Below, piece after piece: positions 57,983 to 64,000 of a DNA stretch of 64,000 bases; the stretch's first letter is position 1; every line of letters starts with the position of its first letter. The stretch comes from an uncultured Gammaproteobacteria bacterium (GTDB lineage: Bacteria; Patescibacteriota; Microgenomatia; Levybacterales; GWA1-39-11), in assembly GCA_964409875.1 (NCBI GenBank), contig CAYPEN010000002.1, forward strand, positions 65,067-129,066. Reading direction: 5' to 3'. Under the pieces are notes generated by a model. That model searched no databases. It was not told the DNA's origin and saw nothing but the letters and a program-made list of their open reading frames with translations. The position numbers and the translations under genes are program-made.

Positions 57983-59137
57983 CTAATAACTCTCTCCCGC
58001 ATTTGTAACGAAAACATCGTGAGGATGGGATTCCTGAAGGGACGCCTGCGTAATCTGATAGAACCGTGCTTTCTGATGCAATTCCGAAATGGTTTTTGCC
58101 CCTACATAATACATCCCCGACTTAATACCGCCTATTGCCTGTTCCATGACTTTTTGTACACTTCCTTTCACAGGCACCATGGCCTCTACTCCTTCGGCCA
58201 CAAGCACGCGCTCTTTGTAATAACTTTTTCCGTGAAATTCCGCTCCCGACTTGATTTTTGCCCCTAATTTCATCGCGGCAACGCTTCCCATCCCCCGGTA
58301 TTCCTTGAATAAATAGGTAGTATTGTGATTGAGAATGCTCTTAAAACGGGCTGGAACTTCATTTTTCGTAAGCCGTACCATCTTCCCCGGGGACTCCTCA
58401 CAGGCTGCGAAAAATGAGCCCATCATACATGCCGATGCGCCTAAAGCCAACGCTTTTACCATATCTCCTGAGTATCTCAGTCCTCCATCAGCAATCACTG
58501 GTATACCAGCCTGTTTTGCCGCTCTTACCGCCTCAGAAACAGCCGTTGCCTGCGGAACTCCCATTCCAGAAACAATTCTGGTAGTACAAATTGCGCCTGG
58601 TCCCATTCCTACCCGAAGGCAATCGACACCTGCTTTTATCATAGCCTTTGCCCCTTCATATGTTGCAATATTTCCACTCATGACAGGAAGTTGGGTGTAC
58701 GTTTTTTTAAGATACACGATAGCATCGATAATGCTACTTGTATATCCATGGGCTGTGTCCGTCACAATGATATCAACCCCTGCTTTGACTAACGCCTTTG
58801 TACGGTCAATCAAATCTCCATTTCCGGCAATAGCCGCTCCAACTACTAACGGTGAGCTTGCCGAACCCGCCTTTTTCACTTTTGCAACTTCAGCCGCCTG
58901 CTTTTGAATTGAAAGATTGCGGTGAATTATCCCAATTCCTCCCATTTTAGCAAGAGCAATGGCTAGTCTAGACTCAGTAACTGTATCCATTGGCGAGGAA
59001 ATAAAGGGTACGTCTAAAGAGATTTTTTTTGTAAGAGAAGTCTTGAGAGTTATGTCTGTTCTGGTGAAATCTGAGAAGCCGGGGATAAGTAAAATGTCGT
59101 CAAAAGTGTACGCTTTCGGGAACTTGTCGCTTTCCAT
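57983..59137 (-). CDS. guaB: IMP dehydrogenase/GMP reductase family (no CBS pair)
   Basis: TIM-barrel IMPDH motifs (GIGIIHRN, GMGPGAICTTRIVSGMGVPQATAV, catalytic Cys loop). Confidence 0.8.
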   Translation of the reverse strand: MESDKFPKAYTFDDILLIPGFSDFTRTDITLKTSLTKKISLDVPFISSPMDTVTESRLAIALAKMGGIGIIHRNLSIQKQAAEVAKVKKAGSASSPLVVGAAIAGNGDLIDRTKALVKAGVDIIVTDTAHGYTSSIIDAIVYLKKTYTQLPVMSGNIATYEGAKAMIKAGVDCLRVGMGPGAICTTRIVSGMGVPQATAVSEAVRAAKQAGIPVIADGGLRYSGDMVKALALGASACMMGSFFAACEESPGKMVRLTKNEVPARFKSILNHNTTYLFKEYRGMGSVAAMKLGAKIKSGAEFHGKSYYKERVLVAEGVEAMVPVKGSVQKVMEQAIGGIKSGMYYVGAKTISELHQKARFYQITQASLQESHPHDVFVTNAGESY

Positions 59138-59208
59138 AATTCATAGTAAAGAATTAAAAAAGCCTTGTCAAGAATGAATTTTAACTAAAAATTTGAAGCT
59201 AAATGCGG

Positions 59209-59574
59209 TTATCTTTTGTATCGTTTCAAGATTGTCTGCATTGCTGTTCGAAGGGTTAAAACCTCATTACCGTTCTTTGATGTTTTTGGCAAAATCCAAA
59301 AATGGATATGGGGATTGGAAAGGCCCAATGACATTGCAAGAACTCGCTGTGCCTTTGCAATATCATAACTTTTCAAAGAATACTTCTGAATGAGTTGGCC
59401 AATTTCGCTACTTTCTTCTACAGTCAGTTCGGCCAACGATTCGCAATGACGTTTCAAACGGATAAAGAAAAGGCCAGGGAATTTAAAATCACGAGGTTCA
59501 TCGACCAACCAACTTGTTCCTTCTTCAATGAATTGTTTTGATATATTCATTGCGCATAGAACACATTCAGCCAT
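59209..59574 (-). CDS. HIT-family (histidine triad) protein
   Basis: Start MAECVLCAM (CxxC near N-term as in HIT proteins) and C-terminal NPHIHFWILPK histidine triad; TATAAT 9 nt upstream of this ATG; the longer track ORF would abut the 5S gene. Confidence 0.55.
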   Translation of the reverse strand: MAECVLCAMNISKQFIEEGTSWLVDEPRDFKFPGLFFIRLKRHCESLAELTVEESSEIGQLIQKYSLKSYDIAKAQRVLAMSLGLSNPHIHFWILPKTSKNGNEVLTLRTAMQTILKRYKR

Positions 59575-59663
59575 AGTAGTTACATTATAATTGTTTTCAC
59601 CACAAAAAAACCTAGCGATTAAGCTAGGTTTCCTTGTCGAATACAATAGTTTTTGATCTCTTT

Positions 59664-59800
59664 TTGCCCGAGAGTCCCCCGGCCTTGACCTATTTTCCCC
59701 AAATTATGAGTATCGTAGGCGCTGGCGCGTTTCACTTCTCTGTTCGGAAAGGGAAGAGGTGGTTCCACACCGCTCCAAAGACCGAAAGGCTTTCGGGCAA
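59664..59800 (-). rRNA. rrf: 5S ribosomal RNA
   Basis: Reverse complement contains CCGAACAGAGAAGTGAAACGCGCCAGCGCC (conserved loop B/helix III region) with terminal helix GCCCGAAAG / CTCTCGGGC. Confidence 0.75.
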
Positions 59801-59857
59801 AAAAACTTGGGATACAAGACCTAGTAAAAACTAGGCACTCACATGATTTAAAAGAAC

Positions 59858-63125
<3,268 letters not shown>

Positions 63126-63392
63126 ACAGATTCTTGAAAATCATGTGCGGTGTTCTCTTAACTTTAAAATTAAAATTGCTGTGTATCCGCCCTTAGGCGG
63201 AATACGGCCTAGTTATTTACTGACTTTAACGTCGCTGATGTGACGCTAAAGTGCTTGTATCCCAATTGTTAAAGAACATATTTCTACTGTATTCGAGGAA
63301 GGCCAGCTGTAGCGCTGCGCCTTTCTCCAACACAGTAGGTTGTCGAATTCAGTGGGTCAGCTAAGCTGACCATCACCCAGCTAAGCTGGGTG

Positions 63393-63413
63393 GACCCTAG
63401 GAGATTCGTTACG
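63393..63413 (-). repeat. Duplicated tRNA-Ala 3' fragment between tRNA-Ala and 23S
   Basis: tggaccctaggagattcg identical to the 3' part of tRNA-Ala 80 nt away; adjacent ccagctaagctgg also resembles the tRNA D-arm region. Confidence 0.6.
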
Positions 63414-63473
63414 AAGTGTCTGACTCTGACCTCTCCGTCGATTTTCCTTGAGCCACTCTCAAAGAGCGAACTG

Positions 63474-63546
63474 TGGACCCTAGGAGATTCGAACTCCTGA
63501 CCTCATCATTGCAAATGATGCGCTCTACCAGCTAAGCTAAGGGCCC
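63474..63546 (-). tRNA. tRNA-Ala (anticodon UGC)
   Basis: Reverse complement GGGCCCTTAGCTTAGCTGGTAGAGCGCATCATTTGCAATGATGAGGTCAGGAGTTCGAATCTCCTAGGGTCCA folds as cloverleaf with G3:U70, anticodon TGC; CCA not encoded. Confidence 0.85.
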
Positions 63547-64000
63547 AAAATTTTCAATTTTGGGCACTCAACGTTCTGAAGCTGAAAGCTTCATGGTTGT
63601 TAAGGGCCCGAACCATAAAGGTCTAAATATTTAATGTGCTTGTTAAGAACTTTCTTGAACTTTGTTCAAGACTTCGCCCCGAAGGGAAGTTCTTTAACAG
63701 CTTCAATTCATCCGTCTTTTCAAGAAAAGAACGGTATTCTTGAAGCTTTATATAAACCCGTTGAGAAAAATCGATCCGCGAGGAAGTCAAGAAGACACTA
63801 TGTTAGCCAAAAATATTTGGCGTTAAGCGTAAACTTTTAAAAACTTTATCATGCGATATTCGATTTAGATTATCCATTTCAATTTGTTTATACAAACCAG
63901 GGATGGATACACCTCAAAAGGTGAAACTATTCTACTAATTTAGGACTGCTATGTCAAGGGATAAAAGTAATTAAAAAACTATCAAATGAAACCCTCAGAA

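Noticed and set aside
63547-64000. 16S rRNA or tRNA-Ile upstream of tRNA-Ala
   Set aside because: No conserved 16S 3'-end motifs (e.g. anti-SD CCTCC context) or tRNA-Ile-like cloverleaf recognised in the remaining 450 bp; the rrn unit appears to lack a linked 16S within the window.

Overview
Low-GC (~35%), gene-dense bacterial window. The gene content is consistent with a Candidate Phyla Radiation/Patescibacteria-type genome, but that placement is an inference from content, not a database result. Backbone genes: rho, pyk, radA, rpsA, eno, gpmA, pth, an IMPDH-family gene, a sat/cysC fusion, and on the minus strand a tRNA-Ala - 23S - 5S rRNA unit with no 16S in the window. The 23S carries a ~319-nt insertion in the peptidyl-transferase-centre region. 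Much of the window is cell-envelope and glycan biosynthesis: GT-C, GT2, GT4 and GT26 transferases, a polyprenyl-phosphate sugar phosphotransferase, three Wzy_C/O-antigen-ligase-like proteins, an RGP/GT75-like protein, sulfatase-like alkaline-phosphatase-superfamily enzymes, an SGNH hydrolase and a TAT-signal GH10-like hydrolase. There are also very large secreted repeat proteins (RCC1-like, LRR, DUF11/LPXTG-like). The most notable feature is a compact RiPP-type biosynthetic locus at ~45.2-53.0 kb. It has a YcaO cyclodehydratase, a SagB-type FMN dehydrogenase and a 65-aa Cys/Ser/Thr/Gly-rich precursor peptide. Around these sit a PqqD-family protein, an HPr-kinase-like P-loop protein and an S24/S26-peptidase-nucleotidyltransferase fusion; a standalone E1/ThiF-like partner was not recognised. 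A TOMM/LAP-like azol(in)e peptide pathway combined with this trio would be unusual in a reduced genome. Other oddities: a ~1.5-kb segment of ~60% GC (13.6-15.1 kb) with two high-GC-codon genes; a four-helix-bundle protein gene bracketed by stop-codon-dense palindromic repeats; a perfect 30-bp duplication of the pyk start creating an upstream mini-ORF; and a duplicated tRNA-Ala 3' fragment next to the 23S.
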